The notes: generated from the sequence alone by a model not told the origin. DNA of 64,000 nt from Miltoncostaeales bacterium (GCA_030833665.1 JAURGT010000003.1:6533-70532); one strand, 5' to 3'. Shown: positions 1 to 8,863, counted from the stretch's first letter. A program made the numbers and translations.

Positions 1-1049
1 CGCGCCTGGGCGAGGCGATAGGGCAGGCCCACGTGGTCGACGAACGCCAGCGGGCCCGACCCGGTACCCCCCTCCCCTCCATCGATGGTGATGAAGTCGA
101 CGCCGCGTGATCCGCCATCCATGTGACGGGCGAGATCGGACCAGAAGCGCGCATCACCCACGGCAGACTTGATGCCGACGGGCAGCCCGGTGGCCTCGGC
201 GATGCGCTCCACCGTGTCCAGCAGCTCGTCCACGTTGGAGAACTCCGGGTTCACGGACGGGCTGATGCACGGCTTGCCGACCTCCACGCCGCGGATGGCT
301 GCGATCTCGGGCGTCACCTTCGACGCGGGCAGCATGCCGCCCACGCCGGGCTTGGCCCCCTGGCTCATCTTGAGCTCGATCGCACGGATGGGGTTCTGCT
401 CCACCAGGTCGACGAGCCTGGGCAGGTCGAGGCGCCCCTGCGCATCGCGCGCGCCGAACCAGCCCGTGCCGAACTGCATCACCAGGTCGCCGCCCTGCAG
501 GTGGTACGGCGTGAGCCCGCCCTCGCCCGTCGTCTGCATGCAGCCGGCGAGCGCCGCCCCGGCGTTGAGCGACTCCACCGCTCGCGCCGACAGCGCCCCG
601 AACGACATTCCCGAGATGTTCACCACGGACGCCGGGCGGAAGGCCTTCGGCCTCTCGCGCGGTCCGCCCAGCACCTTTGCCGATGGCAGCGGCCAGTCCT
701 CGGGGTCACCGCCCTCAGGAGGTGGCGCCGCGAAGGCGGCTGGGCTGATGATGAGGTAGCCGGGCGAGCGCTCGAAGTCCGCGTCGGTACCGAAGCCGAA
801 CGAGCTGTTCTGGCGCTTGCTGCTGGCGTAGATCCAGCGCCGCTGGTTGCGGCTGAATGGACGCTCAGCCTCGTTGCTCGTGACGATGTACTGGCGCAGC
901 TCGGGGCCGAAGGCCTCGAGGACGTACCGCAGGTGCCCGACTACCGGGAACACCCGAAGGATCGAGTGCCGGCGCTGCAGGACGTCGTAGATGGCGACGA
1001 GCACCAGGAATGCCCCGATGCCGATGAGCACCCACCACCCTGCGGACAC
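1..1049 (-). CDS. FMN-dependent glutamate synthase-related protein (GltB central-domain family) with N-terminal TM anchor; the 3' end of the gene runs off the window
   Basis: My own minus-strand translation; the ORF is absent from the track because it is open at the window edge. It reads VSAGWWVLIGIGAFLVLVAIYDVLQRRHSILRVFPVVGHLRYVLE...NISGMSFGALS...ELKMSQGAKPGVGGMLPASKV...ITIDGGEGGTGSGPLAF. GTG at 1049 is preceded by GAGGAGG 4 nt upstream. The first ~340 codons of track ORF 123..2075(+) are its antisense shadow. Confidence 0.75.
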   Translation of the reverse strand, partial: MSAGWWVLIGIGAFLVLVAIYDVLQRRHSILRVFPVVGHLRYVLEAFGPELRQYIVTSNEAERPFSRNQRRWIYASSKRQNSSFGFGTDADFERSPGYLIISPAAFAAPPPEGGDPEDWPLPSAKVLGGPRERPKAFRPASVVNISGMSFGALSARAVESLNAGAALAGCMQTTGEGGLTPYHLQGGDLVMQFGTGWFGARDAQGRLDLPRLVDLVEQNPIRAIELKMSQGAKPGVGGMLPASKVTPEIAAIRGVEVGKPCISPSVNPEFSNVDELLDTVERIAEATGLPVGIKSAVGDARFWSDLARHMDGGSRGVDFITIDGGEGGTGSGPLAFVDHVGLPYRLAQA

Positions 1050-1133
1050 AGCGCCTCCTCGGACGGCCTGACACTTCGATCGTGCCCGATGCGCCGGACG
1101 GGACGCCCTCGAACCTCGCGATACGCTTATGCG

Positions 1134-2075
1134 GTGCCACAGATCGCACCCCATCCCGCCCTCGCCGGCCGCTCCGTGCTGAGCCTCATGAATCACCCCG
1201 CCGATGCGGTGCGCGAGGTGCTCGACCTCGCCGACCAGCTCAAGGCCGATCCCGAGTGGCCGCAGGCGCTGGCCGGCCGCAGCATTGCCCTCATCTTCGA
1301 GCAGCCCTCCACGCGCACGCGCGTTTCGTTCGAGGTCGGCATCGCGCGCCTCGGCGGGCACCCCGTGGTGCTGGCCGGGCGCGACATGCAGCTGGGACGC
1401 GGCGAGACCATCGAGGACACCGCGAAGGTGCTCTCCCGGTTCGTGGACGCCATCGTCATCCGGACGGTCGACCACGCGAAGGTGGTGGCGCTCGCCGAGC
1501 ACGCCGATGTGCCGGTGATCAACGCCCTGACCCATGACCACCACCCCTGCCAGGGCCTCGCCGATGTCATGACCATCCGCGAGCGCTTCGGTGGCCCGGC
1601 AGGCGTGCGCGCGGCGTACGTGGGCGACGGCAACAACTGCTGCCACTCCCTCATGGTCGCAGGGGCGCTCATGGGCATGGAGGTCGTGGCCGGTTGCCCG
1701 GACGGCTACCTGCCTGACCCCGACGTGGTGGAGCGGGCCGACGCCATCGCGCGCGAGCGCGGCGGCCGCGTGTGGGTGGTCACAGATCCCCGCGAGGCCG
1801 TTGACGGCGCGAAGGCGGTGTACACCGACGTCTGGGTGTCGATGGGCGACGAGGACCAGGAGGCCGAGCGCCTCAGGGTATTCGCGCCGTACCGGGTTGA
1901 CGAGGCGCTCATGGACGCCGCCGCGCCCGACGCCGTCGCCCTGCACCCGCTCCCGGCGCACGACGGACTGGAGATCACCCGCTCCGTCTACCACGGGCCA
2001 CGCTCGGCCGTGTGGGACGAGGCCGAGAACCGCCTGCACGTGCAAGCGGCCCTCCTCATGCACATCCTCGGCTAG
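1134..2075 (+). CDS. argF: ornithine carbamoyltransferase
   Basis: C-terminal part of track ORF 123..2075. Motifs: FEQPSTRTRVSFE (STRTR), HPCQGLAD (HPxQ), DVWVSMG, LHPLPA. Start set at GTG 1134 (VPQIAPHPALAGRSVLSL...) because the conserved N-terminal helix lies upstream of ATG 1188. ATG 1089 is also possible. Confidence 0.9.
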   Translation: MPQIAPHPALAGRSVLSLMNHPADAVREVLDLADQLKADPEWPQALAGRSIALIFEQPSTRTRVSFEVGIARLGGHPVVLAGRDMQLGRGETIEDTAKVLSRFVDAIVIRTVDHAKVVALAEHADVPVINALTHDHHPCQGLADVMTIRERFGGPAGVRAAYVGDGNNCCHSLMVAGALMGMEVVAGCPDGYLPDPDVVERADAIARERGGRVWVVTDPREAVDGAKAVYTDVWVSMGDEDQEAERLRVFAPYRVDEALMDAAAPDAVALHPLPAHDGLEITRSVYHGPRSAVWDEAENRLHVQAALLMHILG

Positions 2076-2086
2076 AGGGGGGCGCC

Positions 2087-3031
2087 ATGGCGCGGATCCT
2101 CTCGGACGACCTCCCGCGCCCGCGCGTTCCCGTCCTCACATATGCCCTCATGGCCGCGTGGGCCGTGATGTGGCTCGTGCAGGCGCTGCGCCCGGACGAC
2201 GGCAACATCGACGACTCGTCGCAGGCCCTCGCCTGCCGCTGGGGCATGGTGCCGGCGCACCTCACGGGCCAGGGCGGCCCCGTGGCCGCCGACCCGTGCG
2301 TGCTGCTCTCGTCCGAGCACTCGCCCTGGGCGGAGGCGCTCACCGCGCAGTTCCTCCACGCCTCGTGGTGGCACCTTCTGGGCAACCTCGTGTTCATCTG
2401 GGTCTTCGCGCCGTCGCTCGAGGAGCGCCTCGGGCGGGCGCGCTTCCTCCCGTTCGTGATCGGCGTGGGCTACCTGGCGTTCATCGCCGAGGCGTGGTTC
2501 GACGCCGCGTCGCCCCAGCCGGTCATCGGCGGATCAGGCATCGTCGCCGCCGTGCTGGGCGCCTACCTCGTTCTCTTTCCGAAGGCCCGCCTGCACCTGG
2601 CGTGGACCGGGGCGGCGCGCCGTGGCGGCCTGCCCGCGTGGATCCTCATCGCCGCGTGGATCGCCTGGGAGACCATCGCGGCCCTCTCGGGCGCGCAGTC
2701 GGACACCGCCCACTGGCTGCACGTGGTGGGCTTCGCACTCGGGGCGCTGCTGGCGATCCCGGCGGCGGCGGGGCGCGGGGGCCCGGCGCGCCCCGAGGTG
2801 CAGTGGGTGCGCGTGGCGATCGCACGCAACCAGCCCGAGGCGGAGATGATCCAGGGCATGCTGGGCGATGCCGGCATCCCCGCGTACGTGCGCCGCATGG
2901 CCGGCTTCGACGTTCCGGACTTCCTGGCCGGCGGGCCACGCGACATCATGGTGCCGGGCGACCGGGCCCTCGAGGCTCACGCGCTGATCGATCCCCTCGA
3001 CGCCGCGGAGGGGCCGCCGGCCCGGGGCTAG
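2087..3031 (+). CDS. rhomboid-family intramembrane serine protease with a C-terminal DUF2007-like domain
   Basis: ATG 2087 (MARILSDD) follows agaggggg. Motifs: WWHLLGNLVFIW (rhomboid HxxxN), GGSGIVAAVLGAY (GxSG catalytic Ser), and a later His in HWLHVVGFALG. The tail WVRVAIARNQPEAEMIQGMLGDAGIPAYVRR...IMVPGDRALEAHALI looks like the small DUF2007 fold. Confidence 0.8.
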   Translation: MARILSDDLPRPRVPVLTYALMAAWAVMWLVQALRPDDGNIDDSSQALACRWGMVPAHLTGQGGPVAADPCVLLSSEHSPWAEALTAQFLHASWWHLLGNLVFIWVFAPSLEERLGRARFLPFVIGVGYLAFIAEAWFDAASPQPVIGGSGIVAAVLGAYLVLFPKARLHLAWTGAARRGGLPAWILIAAWIAWETIAALSGAQSDTAHWLHVVGFALGALLAIPAAAGRGGPARPEVQWVRVAIARNQPEAEMIQGMLGDAGIPAYVRRMAGFDVPDFLAGGPRDIMVPGDRALEAHALIDPLDAAEGPPARG

Positions 3032-3960
3032 CGCCCGAGAACCACCGGGCCGCGCCGCCGTGTCGGGCGCCGCCCCATGTAGACGGACGCGCCGACGAGC
3101 GCCACGCCCACGAGCGCGGCAACCAGGAGGGCGATCCACCATCTCGAGAGGATCGCCACGGTGGCCGTGGACACCAGGTCCGCCGGGTTCCCGGCCTCGG
3201 CGAACGACGCCGTGATCGGCGGTATGGCCAGGTACATCGCGAGCGGCACGAACGCGATCACGATCGAGGCGATGCCAAAGCCCATGAGCATCCGCCCGCG
3301 GGTGGCGGACGCCCAGAGCCCGAGGGCGCCGAGCGCCACGGCGATGAGGAGAAGCCACACGGGGGACCACCGCAGGGTGCCGCTGGCCTCCTCGATCGTC
3401 CGGAGCACCGGCGGGACCTCCTGCTTCTGGACGGTCACCGTGAGATCACCGGCGGGTGGGATGCGCGAGACGAGGCCGGGGTTGACCTGCTGCACCCTCT
3501 CCACCGCGAGCGGCCTGAGGCTCGCGAAGTCGAGCGTGATCGGCCCGTCGGGCGCAGCGGCGTAGGCCTGGCGCGCCTCCTCGATCGCCGGGCCCATGAG
3601 GCCGGGGAGCTCGGCGCCGTCGATCACCTGCGACAGCGCGTCCTCGATCTGCGTGCGCGCGGTCGGGGTGAAGGCGTAGCCATTCGCCTCGGCGTAGGCG
3701 TCCACCCTGTCGAGCAGCGCGTCGGTGACGAGCATCGTGCCCTCGGGACTCTGGACGGTCGCAACGGTCACGGATGCGAAGCCGCCCGTCTCGGTGACCC
3801 TCGAGGTGGAGGTCCACACGAACACGGTGAGGAGCCAAGCGAGCGTCGCGAGCCCGGCGGCGGCGATCGCGGTGATGCGCCCGCGAGCGAGGGCCGACGG
3901 TTCACTGGGGTCGCTCGGGGGCGTTGTGATGGCGCATCTCCGGGAACCTGACCAGCCCAC
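3028..3960 (-). CDS. hypothetical membrane protein (N-terminal TM, soluble middle, C-terminal multi-TM)
   Basis: C-terminal 310 aa of track ORF 3028..4839(-). The part upstream of 3960 is antisense to the FIST gene. GTG 3960 is the first plausible in-frame start. Hydrophobic segments: ITAIAAAGLATLAWLLTVFVW, WLLLIAVALGALGLWA, IASIVIAFVPLAMYLAI, WWIALLVAALVGVALVGA. The start is uncertain. Confidence 0.55.
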   Translation of the reverse strand: MGWSGSRRCAITTPPSDPSEPSALARGRITAIAAAGLATLAWLLTVFVWTSTSRVTETGGFASVTVATVQSPEGTMLVTDALLDRVDAYAEANGYAFTPTARTQIEDALSQVIDGAELPGLMGPAIEEARQAYAAAPDGPITLDFASLRPLAVERVQQVNPGLVSRIPPAGDLTVTVQKQEVPPVLRTIEEASGTLRWSPVWLLLIAVALGALGLWASATRGRMLMGFGIASIVIAFVPLAMYLAIPPITASFAEAGNPADLVSTATVAILSRWWIALLVAALVGVALVGASVYMGRRPTRRRGPVVLGR

Positions 3961-4044
3961 GGCATGCGTGTCAAGTGGCCCGCGTGCGCAGTCGGGCTTG
4001 CCGTAGGCACGGCACTCCCGCGCGACCTGCGGGACACTGGCCCC

Positions 4045-5217
4045 GTGAACGCATTCGCGTCGGCTCTCAGCATGCTCCCGCACGCCGGCGATGCCGCCCG
4101 CGAGGCGTGCGCGGCGGTGCGCCGCGAGCTCGGCGATCGCCGGCCCGACCTGGTGGTGCTCTTCGCCACCCCGGACCTCATGGCGAACGCCGCCGGCATC
4201 GCCGCGATCGTCAACTCCGAGCTCGGCCCCGGAGCCCTGATCGGGTGCACGGCGGAGGCCGTCATCGGCACCGGCCATGAAGTCGAGGCACCACCGGGCC
4301 TGTCGCTCTGGGCGGCAGCCCTCCCGGACACCGCCCTCGAGCCATTCGTGCTCGACCCCGGGCTCGACGAGGACGGCGTGCCGGTGCTCACGGGCTGGCC
4401 CGCGGAGGTGGATCCGCATGCGCCGGAGCAGATCGACACCGACCACGCGGTGATCCTCCTCGCCGACCCCTTCTCGTTCCCGCCGGACTCGCTTCACGGG
4501 CCCGATGGAAAGCCCGCGGCGCGAACCGTGATCGGCGGCATGGCATCGGGCGGACGGGGGCCGGGCGAGCACCGGCTCATCTTCGGCGAGCACGTGCTCG
4601 CAGAGGGTGCGGTGGGCGTGGTGGTGCCCGGCGCCCATGCGGTGGTCTCGCAGGGGTGCCGGCCCGTCGGACCCGAGATGACCATCACGGCCTGCCACGA
4701 CGGCGTGGTGGAGGAGCTCGCAGGGCGCCCCGCGCTGGAGCGCGTGCAGGCGGTGGTCGACGACCTCCCCGCCGGGGACCGCGCGCTCGTCGAGCAGGGC
4801 GTGCTCGCGGGCCTCGTGGAGGACGGCAACAAGCCACAACTCGAGCAGGGCGACTTCCTGATCCGCGGCATCCTGGGCGGCGACCCGTCATCGGGGGCCA
4901 TCGCACTCGGTGAGCGCGCGCGGGTGGGCCAGGTGATGCGCCTGCAGGTGCGCGACCACGAGTCGGCCGATGCCGACCTGCGGCGCGCGCTCGGCGCGAT
5001 GCCCGGCGGAGCCGCGGGGGGCGCACTCCTCTTCACCTGCAACGGACGGGGGACGCGGATGTTCCCCGAGCCGGACCACGATGCACGGGCCGTGGCCGAC
5101 GTGCTCGGTCCGGTCCCGCTCGCCGGCCTGTTCTGCAATGGCGAGATCGGACCAGTTGGCGGACGCGCGCACCTGCATGGCTTCACGGCGACCCTCGCCG
5201 TGTTCAATGCAGGGTGA
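4045..5217 (+). CDS. FIST-domain (FIST_N/FIST_C) sensory protein
   Basis: Track ORF 3964..5217. The layout is typical of FIST proteins (N-terminal ...FASALS...DAAREA..., LVVLFATP, ...LLFTCNGRG..MF...D......LAGLFCNGEIGP). GTG 4045 is preferred over ATG 3964 because 3964 would leave only 3 nt to the divergent gene. Confidence 0.7.
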   Translation: MNAFASALSMLPHAGDAAREACAAVRRELGDRRPDLVVLFATPDLMANAAGIAAIVNSELGPGALIGCTAEAVIGTGHEVEAPPGLSLWAAALPDTALEPFVLDPGLDEDGVPVLTGWPAEVDPHAPEQIDTDHAVILLADPFSFPPDSLHGPDGKPAARTVIGGMASGGRGPGEHRLIFGEHVLAEGAVGVVVPGAHAVVSQGCRPVGPEMTITACHDGVVEELAGRPALERVQAVVDDLPAGDRALVEQGVLAGLVEDGNKPQLEQGDFLIRGILGGDPSSGAIALGERARVGQVMRLQVRDHESADADLRRALGAMPGGAAGGALLFTCNGRGTRMFPEPDHDARAVADVLGPVPLAGLFCNGEIGPVGGRAHLHGFTATLAVFNAG

Positions 5218-5250
5218 ATACCTGGCCCTGTCATGATTTATATATCGGAT

Positions 5251-5279
5251 TTGACACATGTAAGTGACATGTGTATTAA
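5251..5279 (+). promoter_or_regulatory. candidate sigma70-type promoter TTGACA-17 nt-TATTAA with an embedded inverted repeat ACACATGT-N5-ACATGTGT (5254..5274)
   Basis: Read directly: TTGACA 5251-5256, 17-nt spacer, TATTAA 5274-5279. It sits in a sharp AT-rich island 31 nt upstream of ATG 5310. Confidence 0.45.
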
Positions 5280-5309
5280 CCCGGCAGACCACTACCGGGA
5301 GACAGGTCG

Positions 5310-5747
5310 ATGAGTGACAACGCAAGCACCCCGCCGACGTCCGCCGAGGGCGCGGCCCCAGCGCTGGACGGCGGGGCACCGCGCGGTGGCGTCGCCGAGG
5401 CCATCTTCGCCGAGGTGGAGACGATGACCGCGGGCGGCGCGATGTCGAAGAGCGACGCCTTCGAGGACATCTCGCGGCGCACCGGCCGACGCGCCGGCAC
5501 GGTGGCGGCCAACTACTACCGCATCGCGCGCAAGCGCGGAGTGGCGCTCGAGCCGCGCACGCGACGGGGTCGACCCCGCGGATCGGGTCGTGCCGGCGGG
5601 GACGTCGAGGCCGCCATCGCCAAGCTCGAGGAGGCCCTCAAGGACCTCGCCACGCTCGTTCGCCGTCAGGACTCCGAGTTGGCGTCGCTGAGAGCCCAGG
5701 CCGCGCAGTTCGACGAGCTCAAGAGGCTGATCTCCAAAAACTCCTAG
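5310..5747 (+). CDS. hypothetical small protein with a basic helical (possible DNA-binding) segment and a C-terminal coiled coil
   Basis: Track ORF. SD-like gggaga lies upstream. Segments: ISRRTGRRAGTVAANYYRIARKRG, then the heptad-like AAIAKLEEALKDLATLVRRQDSELASLRAQAAQFDELKRLI. Confidence 0.6.
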   Translation: MSDNASTPPTSAEGAAPALDGGAPRGGVAEAIFAEVETMTAGGAMSKSDAFEDISRRTGRRAGTVAANYYRIARKRGVALEPRTRRGRPRGSGRAGGDVEAAIAKLEEALKDLATLVRRQDSELASLRAQAAQFDELKRLISKNS

Positions 5748-6769
5748 GGGGCCGTGCGAACCGGGCGCTTCTCGCCCGACCCGGCCCGCAGCACCCCGGC
5801 GACGTCCGCCAGGCCGATCTCTTCGCCGATCAGCTCGTCGTAAGGCGCGTCGTTCGCCGCCAGGCGGGCGAGCGCCTCGCGCACGGCGTCGGGGGTGTGG
5901 TGGTACGACCCGCGGATCGCCAGCTCGCCGTAGTGCAGCGGGAAGGTGGGCAGCGTCACGGTGGTGCCCGCGGCGCACCCGCCGTACAGCAGCACCTCGC
6001 CACCGGGTCGGGCAATCGCCACCGCGGCCTCCCATGCCTCGGGGCGCCCCACGGCCTCCACCACGGCGGCAGGGCCACGGCCGCTGCCATGCGCGGCCTT
6101 CACGGCATCCACGGCCGACGGGTCCCGCGGGGCGTCCATCGCGCGCTCCGCGCCGAAGCGGAGGGCACGCGCCCGCCGCGGCGCATGGGGGTCGCAGAGC
6201 GTCACCAGGCACCCGCGGCCTGCCAGCAGGCCGGCGATGAGCGTGCCCTGCACCCCGCCGCCCAGCACCACCACCTCATCGCCCGCGCCGGCCTCCACGC
6301 GCTCGACGCCGCGCACGGCGCACGCGAGCGGCTCCACCATCGCCGCCCTGCGCGGGGGCAGGCCCGGGGGCAGGGGCAGGAGGTTGCGCTCGACTATGCG
6401 AGCGGGCACCCGCAGGTACTCCGCGAAGGCACCCGAGAGGTAGACGATCGACTCGCAGAGCGAGGGTCGGCCGACCAGGCATGGCGGACATTCCCCGCAC
6501 GGCGCCGAGTTGGCCACCACGACCTCGTCGCCCTCCGCCACGCCCGTGACTCCCGCCCCCACCGCTGACACCACGCCGCAGGCCTCGTGGCCGAAGGGCG
6601 CGGGGTTGGGCGGGAGGGCCGGATGGCCGCCCTGCCGCATCATCTTGGCGTCGGTCGCGCAGGTAAGGGCGCCCGTGACGCGCAGCACCACCTCACCGGG
6701 ACCGGGCACGGGCACGGGCACCTCCTCGAGGCGCAGGTCGTCCGGGCCGTGCAGCACGAGGGCGCGCAT
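5744..6769 (-). CDS. zinc-dependent alcohol dehydrogenase (MDR family, sorbitol/threonine-DH-like)
   Basis: Start at MRALVLHG (ATG 6769). Motifs: GHEACGVV (catalytic Zn), CGECPPCLVGRPSLC (structural Zn), VVVLGGGVQG (Rossmann). Confidence 0.85.
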   Translation of the reverse strand: MRALVLHGPDDLRLEEVPVPVPGPGEVVLRVTGALTCATDAKMMRQGGHPALPPNPAPFGHEACGVVSAVGAGVTGVAEGDEVVVANSAPCGECPPCLVGRPSLCESIVYLSGAFAEYLRVPARIVERNLLPLPPGLPPRRAAMVEPLACAVRGVERVEAGAGDEVVVLGGGVQGTLIAGLLAGRGCLVTLCDPHAPRRARALRFGAERAMDAPRDPSAVDAVKAAHGSGRGPAAVVEAVGRPEAWEAAVAIARPGGEVLLYGGCAAGTTVTLPTFPLHYGELAIRGSYHHTPDAVREALARLAANDAPYDELIGEEIGLADVAGVLRAGSGEKRPVRTAP

Positions 6770-6806
6770 GGCGGGCGACGGTACCAGCCGGGTACCCTGC
6801 GGCCCC

Positions 6807-7730
6807 ATGTCCGAGCCCGGCACGAGCACCGTCCACGCCCACTACCCCGACCACCTGCGCCAGGAGGTGGACGATTACCTCGAGGGGCTCTGGTTCAGCG
6901 TGCCCAATGCGCGCGAGGCGGAGGAGGCGCGCGGCACGGAGGGCCTGGTCGAGGCCATGCGCTACTCGCTGCTCGCCCGGGGCAAGCGCATCCGCCCCGT
7001 GCTGGCGCTCTCCACGGCCGAGGCCCTCGGGTGCAATCCGGCCGACCTCATGCCCTCGGCGGCGGCCATCGAGCTCATCCATACCTACTCGCTCATCCAC
7101 GACGACCTCCCCGCGATGGACGACGACGACCTGCGACGCGGCGTGCCGACCTGCCACGTGGTGTACGGCGAGGACGTGGCGATCCTCGCGGGCGACGCAT
7201 TATTCGCCGAGGCCATGCGGCTGGTGTGCGAGGAGCAGGGCGGCGGGCCAGCCGTGCAGGTGGGGATCCTGCGCGAGCTGAGCCGCGCCACCGGCGTTGC
7301 GGGCATGGTGGGCGGCCAGTACCTCGACCTCAAGGGCGCGGGCTCTGGCGGAGCGGACGCGCTCGCGGCGATGCACGCCCTCAAGACCGGCCGCCTCATG
7401 GCCGTGTCGGTGCACATCGCGCTGGTGCTGGCGCCCCCGCCGCCCGAGCAGGAGGCCATCTACCGGGCGTTCGCGCGCGAGGTGGGGCTGCTGTTCCAGA
7501 TCGTCGATGACATCCTCGACGTGGCGGGGTCGGAGGCCGAGATGGGCAAGGCCGTGGGCGCGGACGAGCGCATGGGGAAGGTCACCTACACGAGCCTGCA
7601 CGGCATGGATCGCGCGCGCGAGCTCGCCGCCGAGTCCCATGGTCGCGCCATGGCTCTGCTGCACCAGCTGCCGGGCCCGGTCGACGACCTCGCGGCCATC
7701 GCCGACACGGCCTTCGCGCGGCAGAGCTAG
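6807..7730 (+). CDS. polyprenyl (farnesyl/geranylgeranyl) diphosphate synthase
   Basis: ATG 6807 (MSEPGTS). First Asp-rich motif LIHDDLPAMDDDDLRRG, second Asp-rich motif FQIVDDILD, and KRIRP. It heads the hopanoid cluster. Confidence 0.9.
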   Translation: MSEPGTSTVHAHYPDHLRQEVDDYLEGLWFSVPNAREAEEARGTEGLVEAMRYSLLARGKRIRPVLALSTAEALGCNPADLMPSAAAIELIHTYSLIHDDLPAMDDDDLRRGVPTCHVVYGEDVAILAGDALFAEAMRLVCEEQGGGPAVQVGILRELSRATGVAGMVGGQYLDLKGAGSGGADALAAMHALKTGRLMAVSVHIALVLAPPPPEQEAIYRAFAREVGLLFQIVDDILDVAGSEAEMGKAVGADERMGKVTYTSLHGMDRARELAAESHGRAMALLHQLPGPVDDLAAIADTAFARQS

Positions 7731-7836
7731 CCCGCGGGACCCCCGGCGCGTAACCCGCGGGTCCGGGGCATGGCGCTGCGCCGGTGCGTGGGTTACCGTT
7801 CGGCCGTCCCTTCCGCACTTACCCCAGGAGCCCAGC

Positions 7837-8844
7837 GTGCCGCGACGACCGATTGCCCTTGAGCTCGGCATGGCGACGTACCTCGCGAAGAAGAAGCTGC
7901 TCCAGCGAAAGGAGCGGTTTCCCTTCACGCTCATGCTCGAGCCCCTCGAGCTGTGCAACCTCGCCTGCACCGGCTGCGGTCGCATCCAGGAGTACAAGGA
8001 CGTCTTCCACAAGCGCCTGACCGTGGAGGAATGCCTTCGCGTGGCCGACGAGTGCGGCGCGCCCATCGTGAACATCCCGGGCGGAGAGCCGCTGATCCAC
8101 AAGCAGATCGACGAGATCGTCCACGGAATCATCGACCAGGGCCGGTTCGTGTACCTCTGCACCAACGGCATCCTGATGAACAAGGCCTTCGACCGCATCG
8201 AGCCCACCAAGCGCTTCGCCTTCGTGGTCCACATCGACGGCATGGAGTCGGTGCACGACCACGCCGTCGACCGCCAGGGCGTGTTCAAGAAGGCCACCGC
8301 GCACATGCGGGAGGCCATCGCGCGCGGCTATCGCGTGTGCACGAACACCACGATCTTCCGCGGCACGCCGGCCGAGGAGTACGTCGACCTCTTCACGTAC
8401 CTCAAGGACATGGGCGTGGAGGGGTGCATCACCTCCCCGGGGTATGACTACGAGTCGGTCACCCACGACCGCGAGCAGTTCCTCGCGCGTACGGAGGCCC
8501 AGGCGCTGTACGCCGAGGTGCACGAGCGCTGCGAGGGCCTCGACATCCCCTTCTACAACAACCCGCTGTTCCATGAGTTCCTGCAGGGCAAGCGCCAGTA
8601 CCGCTGCTCGGCGTGGAGCATGCCCACGTACACGGTCGAGGGATGGCGGTCGCCCTGCTACCTGCTGGCCGACAAGCACGTGGGCAGCATCCGCGAGCTC
8701 TTCGAGGACACCGACTGGGACAAGTACGGCACCGACCGCGACCCGCGCTGCGCGAACTGCCTCATGCACTGCGGCTACGAGGCGACCACCATCCTCGACG
8801 CCATGTCGAGCCCGAAGGACCTGCTCGCGCTCGCGCGCGGGTGA
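7837..8844 (+). CDS. hpnH: adenosylhopane-forming radical SAM enzyme HpnH
   Basis: GTG 7837 lies 6 nt after AGGAG. The CNLACTGCG (CxxxCxxC) cluster sits right after the N-terminus, with a C-terminal Cys-rich CANCLMHCGYE. The context is hopanoid genes. Confidence 0.9.
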   Translation: MPRRPIALELGMATYLAKKKLLQRKERFPFTLMLEPLELCNLACTGCGRIQEYKDVFHKRLTVEECLRVADECGAPIVNIPGGEPLIHKQIDEIVHGIIDQGRFVYLCTNGILMNKAFDRIEPTKRFAFVVHIDGMESVHDHAVDRQGVFKKATAHMREAIARGYRVCTNTTIFRGTPAEEYVDLFTYLKDMGVEGCITSPGYDYESVTHDREQFLARTEAQALYAEVHERCEGLDIPFYNNPLFHEFLQGKRQYRCSAWSMPTYTVEGWRSPCYLLADKHVGSIRELFEDTDWDKYGTDRDPRCANCLMHCGYEATTILDAMSSPKDLLALARG

Positions 8845-8863
8845 GCCGGGGGGAAGGGCGGCG

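Noticed and set aside
123-1133. The N-terminal 337 codons of track ORF 123..2075, which would give a 650-aa ArgF.
   Set aside because: This part is antisense to the GltB-like gene (1..1049, minus), which has a strong SD and conserved motifs. OTC homology only starts around residue 340.
3028-3031. Convergent gene pairs share overlapping stop codons through the palindrome CTAG, at 3028-3031, 5744-5747, 20008-20011 and 48993-48996.
   Set aside because: This is real in the sequence but probably trivial. A TAG stop preceded by a C at the third codon position (very common at this GC3) automatically creates CTAG, which is a stop on both strands. It reflects compaction rather than a dedicated signal.
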